The notes under the pieces were generated by a model, which saw only the letters and a list, made by a program, of their open reading frames with translations, ran no database searches and was not told the DNA's origin. The position numbers were made by a program, and so were the translations under genes. Positions 1 to 13,200 of a DNA stretch of 64,000 nt are shown in pieces. Every line of letters starts with the position of its first letter. Position 1 is the first letter of the stretch. Origin of the DNA: Blasia pusilla (lineage: Eukaryota); assembly GCA_050084515.1 (NCBI GenBank), contig CM114271.1, positions 23,498,001 through 23,562,000 of the forward strand, written 5' to 3'.

Positions 1-3000
1 GGTGCAAGAAATTTGAGAATTCAAGGTGGTATTTATCACTCTATTGGACCTCTTAATGCGGAGACAAGTGTTTCTCCACACTTTGCATAAATTTATATTC
101 ATGATGATGAGTATCAGATCGAATAGAGGAGAAGGATCATGAATCAGGATAATTGTGATCAATTGAGGGTTGAGATTTTGAGGGGATTACAAGACATGTT
201 ACTTGTCTATAATCCATATATCGCTATCTTTCGATATGTGGCCATGGATCCATGTAGTTCCAATTTTCATATTATTCTAAAGGGTAGTAAGCAAGGGCTT
301 GATGCAAAACAATACACATTGCCTATTGCTTTGGAGATTGCTGCTATCTTGCTTGGAGACGGAAGCGAGTCAAGAGAAGGACGTAATATTATTTTTCATT
401 TACATGAAGGAGGTATTTGTCAAATGTTTGACTTAAATAAGGCCTATATTCCATTGTATTTTGTATTGCCTTTTTTGTATGGTGAAGTTGGTTGATATCC
501 TTGCATACCAATACAGTCGGGTGATCTTAGAGGAAATGCAACAAGGAGAGGGCGTGTTGTGATGGAGGAGGATGGAGGTGAGGATGTTGAGCATAACATA
601 CCAGAAGGAATAGAAGAAGAGCAACACCAAGGTGGAGGAACGACTAATGAAGCAGGTTCAGAGAGTATTACTGCTCTACAATTTGCTTTGTTTCGACTTC
701 AAGTACGAGCTAATGTTGAAGATCATAACATGTTGTTGAGGTTTGCTCGTCTTACTCAAGAATATACGGTAGATATGTATGCGAGTATTGAAATGCAACA
801 ATTAACTTGGATACGGCTATATCAAAATGAGCTAAGAGTTGATTTATATGAAGGTGTGAGAGATGTTATGACTCGGCATGATAATGATGGTCATGCTATA
901 GGGAGACGAGTCATTTTACATTCCTCTTTTATAGGAGGACCTCAACTCATGCATCAATTGTATCATGATGCCATGGAAATTGTGAGACATTTTGGGAAGC
1001 GAGACTACTTTTTGACTATGACTTGCAACCCTAAGTGGCCAGAGATTACTTCTGCTCTACTTCCTTGACAAACAACCTCAGATCATCTTGACTTGGTTGT
1101 ACGCGTTTTCTAACAAATGAAGAAAGAGTTGTTGAGGCTTATAGTTGATAAGTATATTTTGGGGCGAGTCATGGGATGTATTCATGTAGTGGAGTCTCAA
1201 AAGAGAGGTCTGCCACATGTGCATATTTTGATTATTCTTGCCTTAGAGGATAAGCCAAGGACAAAGTCTGATTTTGATGATATTATTTCTGCTGAGATTC
1301 TTAATTTGACTACTCATCCAAAACTCTACTCGATTGTGAGAAATTGTATGATACATGGACCATGTAAAATACTTCATCCAAGTGGACCATGTATAGACAA
1401 AACAACCAAAAAATGTTGTAAGGGCCATCAAATGCGTTTTACCTCCATGAAATGGAGAATGAGGATAGCTATCCTATCTATAAGAGGTAATCTTATGATC
1501 TTTGTTTCATTTCTTCTATCTTTCTATTTTTTTTAAAGTTTCCTTTAAGTAATAACCTATTCTTATATTTGTGTTTATGTAGATGTGATAATGGTAGGTA
1601 GATTAAGAAGTCAAATCATGACTTTGATAATCAGTGGGTTGTTCCCTATAATCCGATGTTATGTACCTTATTTGATTGCCATATCAATTTGGAGATAACG
1701 AATAGCATATCAGCAGTGAAGTACTTTTACAACTATGTATACAAGGGATCAATTGCGATATCCAACATACCTTGATGCAAGGTATGTTGGATTTATATTT
1801 TTACTATGGTATTTAAAAAAAATTAGTATATTGAAAGGTTGGATTTTCTCTTTGGTCTCTGCAAATACGTTTTGTCTTCCGAAGCATGTTGGCGAATTTT
1901 CAAGTTTGGACTACACGCTGAACAACCAAGTATTATAAGATTAATTGTTCATTTGCCACATGGTATATTTTCATGATCGAGATTTATTGGGTAATATTCT
2001 TGAGCGGAGTAAGGAGACCACTCTCACGCAATGGTTTGCAACCAATAGTTATGATCCTACAGCTCGACAACACCTTTCTTTGGAATTCCTTTCCTATTAT
2101 TCTTGGAATAAGAAGAGATGAGTTTGACGTACATGTGGAAGAAAAGGATGTGGACTCTCCATTGGACATTTATATATGACTAACCCACGTGAAAAAAATT
2201 TATATGTGTAGATCTAATTAGTATATTAATATCTTAGTTAAAGTAATGAAATGATATATATTTTTTAATATTTTATGTGTTGTAAAATTATATAGATGAA
2301 GGAGAGCGTTATTGGATACAATTACTTCTCAATTTTGTGAGGGGAGCTAAATCATATGAAGATTTGAGGACAATTGATGGCGTTGTCTATCCTACTTTTA
2401 AGGAAACAGTTATTCAGTTGGGGCTATTAGAAGACGACATGGAGGTTTTCTCTTGTTTTGAAGAAGCAGTTGAAATTCATATTGGTCACTCCTTGCGCCT
2501 ACTATTTGCTATCATTCTTTTATACAACATGTCGGCTGTACCTGATGTGGTATGGAACCGTTTCTTAGTTCCCTTGACCGAAGACCTTTTACATATAAGA
2601 CGTGAGGTAATATGAATGCTTTATTTTAAATTATGAATTACTATTTTTTTGGTGTGTTTTTTTACCTTTTTCTCATAATTAACTTTTTTCTTGTAATTTT
2701 CTAGAGAGAATTGGGAGACCTGATCTTGCCTTGGACTTGGAAACAATTAATCTTGCTTCATTAGATATCCACTACCATCTTCAAGATCATGGTAAAAGTA
2801 TCGCGGATTTTCCCGACATGCCTCAAGTTGACTTTTTTTATCGGGATTTATGGATCTTGCACTTAGAGGAAGAAGAGCTTTCCTACGATCGTGTTATGCT
2901 TGCATAACTTCTTGAAGGAGGAGAGACCTCTTTAAATAATGGACAACGAGCTATTTGGGATGTTGTCCATCTTCATTTTGAGGAGGTGTTAAATGATGCA

Positions 3001-3754
3001 CCGCCTTCTGTAAGTATATTTCATTTATGTTATGTTTTTGGTGACTTTCGACTTGGTGACTTTCGACTTTCGACAACTCGTGAAGAGATAATTTTATGAA
3101 GTTATTATATACCTTAAATTTATTCAATTTGATTGCCTCTTTTTCATATTACTATGAGTTGTGTTGTTGATCCCAATGATTCTTTCTTCTTTTTAAGGAG
3201 CACACTTTTTCAAGTGCGGATTCGGTTTCTGAGGATGGGTTGAGGTTTGTATATCCAACTGAATTCTTAAATACATGTTTACCATCGATCCACCACCTCA
3301 TTCTTTAACTTTGAAGTTTGGGGCTCCAATCATGCTATTACGGAATTGGAATGGAGCAAAGGGACAAGGAAACAACACTCGCTTGGTGATTGTTGGATTT
3401 AGTCGACATGTTATCGATGCAGTTATTATAATTGGAAGAAATGTTGGAGGTCGAGTGTTTATTACACGCATTCCTTTGATTGTATCTTATTCATGTTTAC
3501 CTTTTGATTTACGACGATTTCAATTTCCTATTTGTTTAGCCTTTGCAATGACAATTAATAAGTCTCAAGGACAAATATTTGATAGAGTTGGTATTTATTT
3601 TCCAAATCTTGTACTTTCTCATGGACAATTATATGTTGCCTTATCTAGAGTAGGTTCTAGCAAGTCAATTCATATAATGGTTGAGAGTCAACAGCCCACA
3701 AACAAAGTTGGAGCGTATACTAGAAATGTTGTATATCATGAAACGCTACATTAA
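1..3754 (+). pseudogene. Helitron Rep/PIF1-helicase gene, intron-containing, with multiple stops and frameshifts
   Basis: ORF pieces 139-495, 559-1068, 1117-1486, 2337-2605 and 3275-3754 separated by AT-rich intron-like segments. In-frame stops, e.g. FA*IYI at 83-100. Central helicase motifs are missing. Confidence 0.9.
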
Positions 3755-4046
3755 AAATAATACAAGGACATACTTTCTTATCTTTCTTGTTTTCTAATTA
3801 TAATATTCTACTTATTTTATGATTGATTATTATAAGATTAATTCAAATAAAAATAGTGTAGGGCTCCCAATAAATCCATTGATTTTGAGGGATTTTTCCT
3901 AAATTTTCAAAACTGAATGTTATACTTCTCCCTTTCTCAAATTGATTTTTCTCCTATGAGTTTGGTTTAACTCGAAAGTTATTGACGTGGGGTCTTTTTG
4001 CAAATTAAATTACGACGCCGGTGCATCGCACGGGCATTCCTACTAG
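1..4046 (+). mobile_element. Decayed autonomous-type Helitron (RepHel), 5' part outside the window, intact 3' terminus
   Basis: Rep motifs YFLTMTCNPKWPEI, VESQKRGLPHVHILI (HUH) and AVKYFYNYVYKG (~1712). PIF1 C-terminal motifs QFPICLAFAMTINKSQGQ and SHGQLYVALSRV. 3' hairpin gccggtgc-atc-gcacgggc (4017-4035), then CTAG (4043-4046) followed by T. Confidence 0.95.
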
Positions 4047-6994
4047 TATCACTTAAGTGGGATGCATTTTTACTTTCATAATCTTTGGAGCCTTTGATTC
4101 TCTTTAATTATTGGATGGCTCTAAGTCTTGGATACTTTGCCGGAAAAGGATTTTCTGAAATATTCCAACATAGGAAAATTATCCAATATGTTCCGGTAAG
4201 AATTTTCTTTGCATATTTCAAATTTTAATTTTAGATATTCATCTTTCTTCCCTTAAAAAAACTAGAAACCTCCTATTCTATCTATAAACACTCTTGTCTT
4301 TTTTCAGAAAAGTGGACTTAGAATGTCTAATTTTCTAACTCACAACACAAATGGAAATTCATTGGGTTCAACACACAATACAAATGCTTTGTAATATACA
4401 TTAATTTTCATTAGCTTTTAGGTCATCAATTTTTAAAAGTATAATGTGATTTTCGAAATGCATAAAATAACTTATTTGGATTATGTGAAAAATAGAAATC
4501 TTCTAGAAAAAATCTCAAATAACAAAATTTATTTCTCTCGTTAGTACACATTTTTATTATGATGGATGCGAAACCAAGGTTGCACGGATCCAAGCATAAG
4601 TTGCACTTGGCAAAAAATAGGGGTGGGTTGCCTAGATATGGTTTATATTTTATTTTCCTACATCAATATTTTCATGGCCGAATATTTATAGTATTATCTT
4701 GAATAGGACCTGTTGGATTCTCAACATCCACTTCTCTAAGCACCATTAATCTGATCGGCCCCCTTATATGAGGAGAAGCCTAGATTGATGGTTCCGACTT
4801 AGACGTCGAAGGAGTCATAATAATATGACGTAGGTGGTTTTAGGAGTAGCGTTATTAGGTTTATCTAACCCAATTTTGCATCAGGATGCGGGGCACCCCG
4901 ATGCAATATTTTTCTATTAACTGAAACGAAGAAAAATAGGTAAAAACCCTAGTTTTCCCGAGTAGTGAAATAGTCGGGAGCCGCAGCGGTAGCGCATTCT
5001 CGTATGTCGAGTTATCTCCCAGTTCAAGTTCCATCGAAGCTCTTCTGTGAGCGCACGGACGGACTAGGCCACTTTGTATCTCTAAGTTTTGTAAAGATTT
5101 CATTGATTTCGTCACTTTCTATTTTCTCACATGACCTATTGCAACTTTGCAAGCCACAAAAGTTTGATCCATACTATGATTAGAAATAATACGCATTCAA
5201 ATAAAAAAGCAATGAATGTGTGTAAAATAGTTATTAGATAAAATTTTTAGTCTTCGTTGGATTTGAAACCTTTTATTTATCACTCGATGAAGTTTCTAAG
5301 AAATTCAAAATATAAAATTTCATTTATCCATTTTATGTGATAGAATCTACTTCTATTTTAATAAATTAATGATAATCATCATTGTGGTGTGCTTAGCATG
5401 GGCATACATTCTCTTGACTATACCATACATCATTATGTAGCAAGGTTAGATAAGACATTTATGTAAAATGCTTTTTACTCATGTAGAGCTTGTGCTCCCC
5501 ACACAACTAGAATTGCTGTTGCCTAAATAATATTTCTTTTTGCCTTACCATGAAGGTACTCTCTTACTACCATTATGTCATTTATGAAAAGAAATATCTA
5601 ACTATCCTCCCTTAAACTTTAGATATTATGAAATACTCTTCCATTGCCTCTTTCTTGAGAAGTTCTTCATTCATGCTAGTGTGAAGCCTTTCACCTTGGA
5701 TTTTGTTTCAAAATTTTGCTAGCCTAAAGGGAAAGAAAAACTAGAGAGGCTATTTTGAAGCTTGGTTGGGAGGAATATATAAACCATATTTTGGAAAGAA
5801 ATTTAAAAGTTTTGGGTCAAAAGAATTCAAAATGATTAGAGGTACTAAGGCTTTCTTGTACTTGTAAATAGAATTGCATCTAAACTATTATTTCTTCTTG
5901 CATGTTAAACTCCAAAATTGTGATATGCTGTCAAAGGCTTTATGGCAGTTTTTCATTTTTTGGGCTTGTCATAAATATCCAAAAAATTCTTTTAATAAAA
6001 ATTTCATTATTATTTTTTTCTTAAAAAAACGTATGATAAGAAAGTTTTCATATCAAATCTCCATGACCCAAAATATTTATCTAAAATAACCAACCAATTT
6101 TTTTTATCAATTTTTGAAACTATATTAGAGCCTTTAATTACTATTTTTCATTTCAAATTACTAGTCTCATGATCGAGGGGTTGTTGGAACGCCCACTTTG
6201 CATTCATGTATAGTAGCATCTTTTCTCTTCTGCTACGTTCGACCAAAATTTATGTTTCTTGGGCGACAAAACAAAATTTTTCCACGGAAAAAGAAATTGT
6301 GCCTTAGGTCGAGCGGTTCAGGTTTACACATCTTCTAGTATACTAATAGATACTTGTGCCGTTCACTAGGGCTAATGATGGGTCAATTGAATTCTAAATT
6401 GATTCGAGATCATTTTAGAATTCTTAATTGATCCCAAAATTAGCCTTAAATTACTGATAACTTGAAAATTCCAAATTTTAATGAGGTTCAAAAGGGCACT
6501 CTTCAAAATTTCTTAATACCCAATTACTTAAGGAACCCAATTTTTCTTTGAAAATAAATATACCTAATAAGAGTTTTTAAAGTCATAGCTATCCCTCGTG
6601 TGGGCTAACGACGAGGTTTCAAGGGACTGGTGCTTCGCACGTGATCGCAAGCAAAGGGGGAGGGGAGAAAGCAAATCCCACTCCGCAAATCGACTTTCGA
6701 AGCAATAAAACAGGGGATTCTGGATCTTCAATGTTCTTATCGTCCTCACCCATCCGAAGAAAGGTCGGCGTCGCCCCAATAAAATGCTCGCAGTAATCGA
6801 AACTACGCTTTCTCCATCGGGCAGTCTGCCGTAGAGCACGGCTGGAACAAGTTGTTCGAAACCCTAAACGCCACACCCACATCCAGAGCTCTTCGCTCCT
6901 CCCGGGGAAGCTCAGGAGTCGAAGGAGGTAGCAAAACCTCAATAATGTCACAGAGAGTTTTCGAGTGGTCAGTCTCAGGAGGAATGCGGTTACC

Positions 6995-9900
6995 CTAGCG
7001 GGAAGGGCTTCTGTTGTTGAGATTACGGCGGACGTGAGGCATGAGCCAGGTCTTGTCCCCACCCAGCAGATGTGGAGGGATGCGCCAGCCTGGGTCACCA
7101 GGAACAGGGTCAGCGGGTGGAGGACTCCGCAGTCTCGGGTAGGGCGAGCGGGGTGGAGAGCCCGGACCCTCCTTTACTTGATTCTTGGGAGCGAACGGAT
7201 CAATCTCGTTGGAGAAGGCGACATAATTGCACATTCCATTGTTCAGATCGTCGTATTTCTCCTGCAGCAGTCTCAAATCGTCGGGCAGAATTCTTAGCCC
7301 TGCTTCGCTGTTGAGCGCTGCACCGAACTGGGCATATGTGACATGTCCCACCACGTTGCAGCTCATCTTCCCGTGAGCGAAGTCTTCGAAGAAGGGCTGT
7401 GTACACAAACGGCGGTCGTGGCATATCTTCTTGATATCTCGCAAGATTTTATCCACTTTCTGCTCCTTTGAAAGACCCAAATTCTTACATCCCACCATGA
7501 ATCGAGTCGGGGCTAGGCCTGGCAGTGGTGGAACTCGTGGCACCTGATAAGAGTGTTAGCAATCGATTTCAGTTCTGATCCGTAGTGAGAACAGTGGGTT
7601 CACTTCTTGAGATTTTGTCCACACTGCATGTGCCTCTGAAACTCTGGACGGATGCTGGCTCATGTCTTAACATTTCAGGACAGACGTTCTGTCCAGTTGA
7701 TAGATCAGCCAGTGGACTAGCTTATGACGCCAATCTAAGTCAGTTGAACGATTCTACTATGAACAGCTGTAGTTCACTTCCTTTTCTACTCTTTAGCCGC
7801 AATTTTGGACTACCTGACGGATGCAAGCTTGTCATATAGCGAAAAGCACACGGTCTGATACGAGTGAAGGCCTCCAACGCCAAGTCAGACCCCTGGGCTC
7901 CAGGTGGGGATTTCTTATGAGTTAGCTGGTATAATGTGTGCCTCTCTACCAACGAAGGGGACAATTTAGTGATTCTATGCACAACAGACCCCATAGCGCT
8001 GTTATTCGAGTTTTGTTGAACTTACAACTCTCAAAGGAGTTTTCTCCATTTCCTTGTACGTGAAAACTGTATCAACCTCATCGCAGAAAGCTGTCCAGCA
8101 CACTCTTTGGAGAGGCTCGTCGGGCACTCTGTAGTTGTCACAGATAGCCTTCATTTCACGAACGTCGAGTACAATCTTGGTGAGGTCAATCGCGCGAGCG
8201 AATTGAGTTTCTGATATCAACCTGTGTCTCAGAGGGTCATGTTGTTTGATGAACTCTCGGCTCCGGATTCGGCCCTTGTAAACTATGAGCTTCACTTTGT
8301 TGATCGCGTTATCAACATCGTAACCATCCGGTGCAACCTGCGAGGTAAGCCTCAACGTAGATTCAAAACCTATTCAGAGTATTCTATCTTCAAAGCAAAT
8401 AATCAACCTAAAGAACGGGTTAATACATATTATACTGCATAGGATGAACAGGTTCCAAGTCATTACAACCTTCCAATCGCTGCGACACTAGCCTCATACA
8501 CCAGGCTGCAGAAAGTTTACCTTGTAATCCTTCATCATACGGAGTTCAAACGCACCGTCCGTTGTCAGATCGCCGTGATGCAGAGTGTAATACTCTGTAA
8601 AATCAGCTCGGGTGACTTCATCCAACTGATTAAACGACTTCTCCAAGTAGGCCTCCATGGCTTGCTCTACTGTGCATTTATCACACATGACATCCGGCTG
8701 AACGGAGGCATTGTAGATCTCTCTGACTCTATCGATCGTCACTTTTCCAGTCCCTTCCTAAGTCAAGAAGACGTAGAAGTTACTGGCGCTCTGCATGACT
8801 TGGGAACTGGTATATAGAACAGATTCATATATGTTTTAAACGTTATTCTGGGAACCAAAAATGTTCCCTGGATTGAATTATCCGGAAGGATAGTACCGCC
8901 ATGAGGGAGGAGCAGCAATTAGATTTCTGTGTGAATCTAGACGTAGTCGTTAGTCTATAAACCTAGACGTCATGCAGCTTGTAAGTTAACTCACCGATGG
9001 AATTGAGTTTACTCACCGATGAAATTATTGAAGCTTCACTGAGGGACATATCGATCACTTCACTACAAAGTTACTGTAAGCCGGACAGAAAAGCAAAGGG
9101 CGACCTGCGATTGAAGCTAGGGCCCGCACAAAAGATTCGAAAAATGTCACAGAATTTTCTTTTTGGAGTTCGAGTGAAGAAAGAATGTGAAGATACATCA
9201 CCAGAGTGAGTACCTTGTCTAGCTTGTCGTATGCCATGTTCACCAATCTTTCCCGGTGTTTGGTTAACTACATCACAACAGATTCCAAGCACAATTTCAG
9301 CTTCTCTGTCACCCATTTGTACATGTTCAGTTGACGTCTTCCTGACATTTCCCGCTGCAAAGACTTTTCATGGAGAAGCACATCTTGGACGCTCCTTGAA
9401 GGCAACGTAAGGAACAGAACGAATTAGATGCAAGTGCTGCTACGGACCTGGCCCCTTATTTTGAACATCATGTCGAGGAAAGAGAAAGTTTTTTCATCGG
9501 GGCTATGCGACGCCATTAGTAGCTCCATCTCCTGCATGCACATTAGGACTTCAGATTTCATTTTCCAGTAAGTAAACTTCAGATCTACATTGAGCGAATT
9601 CTTCTCAAATTCAAGTTACAAACATCCTTGTTGAAAGAAATATGGGAGTAAGACGCGGGGAGGACCTCCGGATTGAGACGTGTTCCAGTGAAGGCTAAAA
9701 AGTCCTTGAAATCTTGCATATCCAGATTGCCGCCTGTGAGCTTTCGTCTGGCATCGGAAAGCGCCTGCAACCAATTTCTGGACGTCAGTCGTACGGTTTG
9801 CTTTGATCAAACTGGAACTGGAAGGTCTGAAAATTCTCGACACACAAATATTATGTGGTCAGTTCCGGATAATTAGGATCAATGAAAGTTCACTAATAGG

Positions 9901-10554
9901 ATCCCCACTTGATTACGTGCTCGCGACGTATTTGAAGAAGGTTTTCCACTTGAAAACTTCCACTAACACGTCCTCCATGCATGGTGTTTCGCATTCCTCA
10001 CAATCATTGCATAACGCCCTCCGTCACGTTGGCGTGGATGGCTAAGAGACTCAATCAAGAATCCTTTTGAAATTTTGACTATGAGGATACTATGCTACCA
10101 CGGCCGCTGATCCACATGTATACACATTTCACCGTTCTCACCTTATGCCCAAAAAACTCTAGGAATGAAAACCTAAATCCAATGAAAGCAATCCCGGCAA
10201 GAAATTTTTTTCTGTTTGTTGACGAAGAAACTGATCTGAGACTTTGAAAGTGGTTAATAATCTCTCGATTAATGGCTCCCGGATAAACGGTGCTCGGATC
10301 GAGCATTATTAGAGTGATGTCAAGCGTTCCGATAAACAAGTACTACAATATGTCGTCCGATCGAGTCAAGGTCAAACGGATCAGCCAGTGGAACCCGATG
10401 ACTCATGACAAGTAGATTTCCGAAGTAAGAAGAGTCAGACGCAAAGCAATCAGAAGGAACCAACGACTCTTGAAGTGCACAATCAGAGTGTATTTCGTCT
10501 AGTAATGCTATAAAACGAGGAGCTATAATATACCTTGATGCACTTGGCTCCCAT
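6995..10554 (-). CDS. Axonemal EF-hand protein: N-terminal calcyphosin (CAPS/FAP252-like) module fused to C-terminal FAP115-like module, ~470 aa
   Basis: Phase-0 GT-AG exon chain 9764-9666, 9531-9448, 9267-9214, 8757-8521, 8337-8026, 7543-6995. Tentative but phase-consistent 5' exons 10554-10534, 10158-10142, 9962-9917. Calcyphosin pattern KIRGQLTKHRERLVNMAYDKLDKEGTGKVTIDRVREIYNASVQPDV...VTRADFTEYY...FELRMMKDYK. FAP115-type pattern RIRSREFIKQHDPLRHRLISETQFARAI...VCWTAFCDEVDTVFTYKEMEKTP. Confidence 0.8.
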
Positions 10555-12823
10555 TTTTCTGAACTGAATCAGAAGACATTCGTACACGAAGAATATTGGG
10601 AGAACCATGGTTGCGACTTATGCTTGTCGACGCGACTTCTTTCGGACTAGTTGCTCATTAACTGCTTGCACGTATTCTCCTCGTTCCTGCCGTTACTAAA
10701 CTCCTCTCCCTTTGTCTGAGTTGGAGTATAGTTATCCATTCTTTTCCGTGTTCATAAAAACTTTGCCGCTGTCTCTATTAGCTTTGAAGGTCTTAAAATG
10801 TCCTTTCGGTTTGTCACTACTTGTCTTTACGCACGACCTCTCATCGACTCTTCTTTGTTTCCTCTAGTAACTACAGGCAGAATTAGCTCTACAGATTCTT
10901 CTTTGTTTTCGAACAATTATAGCATTGCAGTTCCTTGTCTCTTCGATCCACCCTTTAACGGTGTGATTCGTCCCGAGCTTCTCTTAATCCGTCCGTCTGG
11001 TACTATGAATAAACGTTACTCAAACTTTCGGAAGGATTCTTCTCTGCAGGTAACGATATCACGTTATCAGGTTTATTCCAGCCTTGACATCTTCGTTGTT
11101 TCATGTCGTGCTCCTCGGCAATCATCGCCAAATATGTAACTCAGACCAATTTGAGAGAGGGCTATCTAGAATGGTGCGCTTCTCCTCCACAGCCAATCCC
11201 GCATAAACTACAGGATGCGGACTCTCGATGATGGGCCGGGAAAGAGAAGGTGCTCTAGATTTCGTTACGCTTCTATTCGGTAGTAACCTCTCAACCAACG
11301 ATGGATCACATAATCACCCGTTGGTGCTTGAATGTCATCAAGCATTTCGCTAGTCTCTTGTCCAAACTGTTTGCGGCGACCAAAATCTCAACATAGCCTC
11401 GCGCAAATTCCGATCAACAGTAAACCAGAACATACTAATTCGCCGACCCGCACAGCAATCGGTGATCAATGACAGTCACTCTAACTCCTCTTCCCTTTCC
11501 TTCGCGTGGCCTTTCAAGCGGCACTTGACGTCATCCGGATGGTCTTCCTGCAACTGTAATGAAAGGGCTATCAGTTGTAAAGGACTATAGTGTAAAGCCG
11601 TCATCATCCCACTCATCCTCAGCAACCCTCGCATTCACATAGTACACAACGATGCGTACTGAAATTGCCCTCCCGATTCCGTTCGGGCCATGTGAACGCG
11701 CTTTGCGATTTAGAAGAGCAGTCCGTTTCATTTACATTACGTTAAAAGGTTTCGCTGATGGAACAACACTTGACGACGTAAACCTCTGAGTTCAACGTCA
11801 TCGGGAGATGTCAAAATCGTCACGTAAGGAAAACGAGTGATTCTCATCGTCGACCACATATATGGCCTATCGCTACTGGCCCGGTCCAATCTGAGGCCGG
11901 GACAAGTTTTCTACACTCTAAAATCAGTGAGAACTTAAACCACCACACAATGATGCCTTAAACGACGACATACGCACCGTTGGAAGGCGTCTCGAGAATC
12001 CGCGAGTCCGACATCGAGACAAACAAGGTCCAAGATGTGATTCTTTCTTCATCCTGAAAGCAGTAGGAGCAGAATTCGTCACGCTTCACTCTTCGGCATA
12101 TATTTGCATCGGATTCTGCGAGACCCGTAAACGACTGAGCAAGTCTCTTCTCCCAAGCTTTTGTCTTCTTACAAGACCGGCCGTCCAAAATCTGATAGGA
12201 CAAAGAGTTCGGATGAGTTGGAAGGGACCAGGCCAACTAAGAGCAGACTATGGATGTCACGGTGGTGTTTAACTATAATAAGAGGGCGGGTTACTTTTTT
12301 TAACTCTTCTGTTCCCCACCAAATAAGTGAACCTATTTCAAATAAGTCTTTTTGAAAATAGTACGTTTACACTTTTGCCATAAGTTGTCATGATTGGCAG
12401 TTCATGCATGGACATTTGCCTATGCCAAATCGGACCTCCTCTTCCATCCCTACAAATTTATATTACCATTGGAGTTTTAATATCGATTTACATCTCACTA
12501 GTAGAGGAGACACAACTAGAAAAAAGGGATGTGGCTAAGTTATTGCAAGAATTTTATATAGACGTATGATCTTATTTAATGGTGTTGTAAAATGAAAACC
12601 CATGAAAAGTACATGCATGATGTCATTGCATTGCAAAGACTCCTTACTAGTGTTTTTAAAATAAAGAGGTTCTTATGTTAGTTCATGTTAGTAAGGTACT
12701 TTTGTGATGCCCATTGTATATTACAAAAGAACACAAAATTAATTCATATTTTTAAATTTTAGTTTGATACGTATTGAGAGGGAAAGGCTTGTTTGGCACC
12801 AAACATAGAGGTGTTGGCATGGG

Positions 12824-13200
12824 CAAAGTTGCACGAAAATGGACAAGTCCATCCATGGGACAGACATGTCGTCGGGGTACCCACGACCCATATCCAAGCC
12901 CGCCCGCGGAGCTTGCGAGCCCGTAGCCGGCACCCGGGCTGGCCGAGCCCGCACCAGTTTTGTGGCGCGTGGGCCAGGCCCGTCCGATGGAGGCCCAACC
13001 CGCCATGTGCGGGCCTTGCACACGCCTAGACACGGGCCATAAAACTGGTGCGGGCTCACCTGTTGTGGGTGCCCACCACGGGCTCGACCAGCCCGTGGGC
13101 CGCGGGTACCTGAGCCTGTACGCACATGTCCGTCCCTAGCATGTCTGTCCTAGGGACGCACATAAGTCCACGGAAATGGACATGTCCGTGTGCAACCCTG
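12824..13200. mobile_element. Non-autonomous hAT element (MITE), 377 bp
   Basis: Ends caaagttgcac ... gtgcaaccctg (TIR ~CAGGGTTGCAC). 8-bp TSD ggcatggg (12816-12823) / gccatggg (13201-13208). Subterminal ggacatgtcc-like repeats and a GC-rich core of gggcc/gcccg motifs. Confidence 0.75.

Noticed and set aside
9071-9316. ORF starting MGDREAEIV as a calcyphosin exon
   Set aside because: The exon with proper splice sites and better motif fit is 9267-9214 in another frame.
10534-10554. N-terminal MGAKC as a myristoylation/palmitoylation signal
   Set aside because: The start exon is tentative (an in-frame upstream ATG exists) and the motif fit is weak.
12739-13125. Five overlapping GC-rich ORFs
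   Set aside because: By-products of the GC-rich MITE core; no protein motifs.
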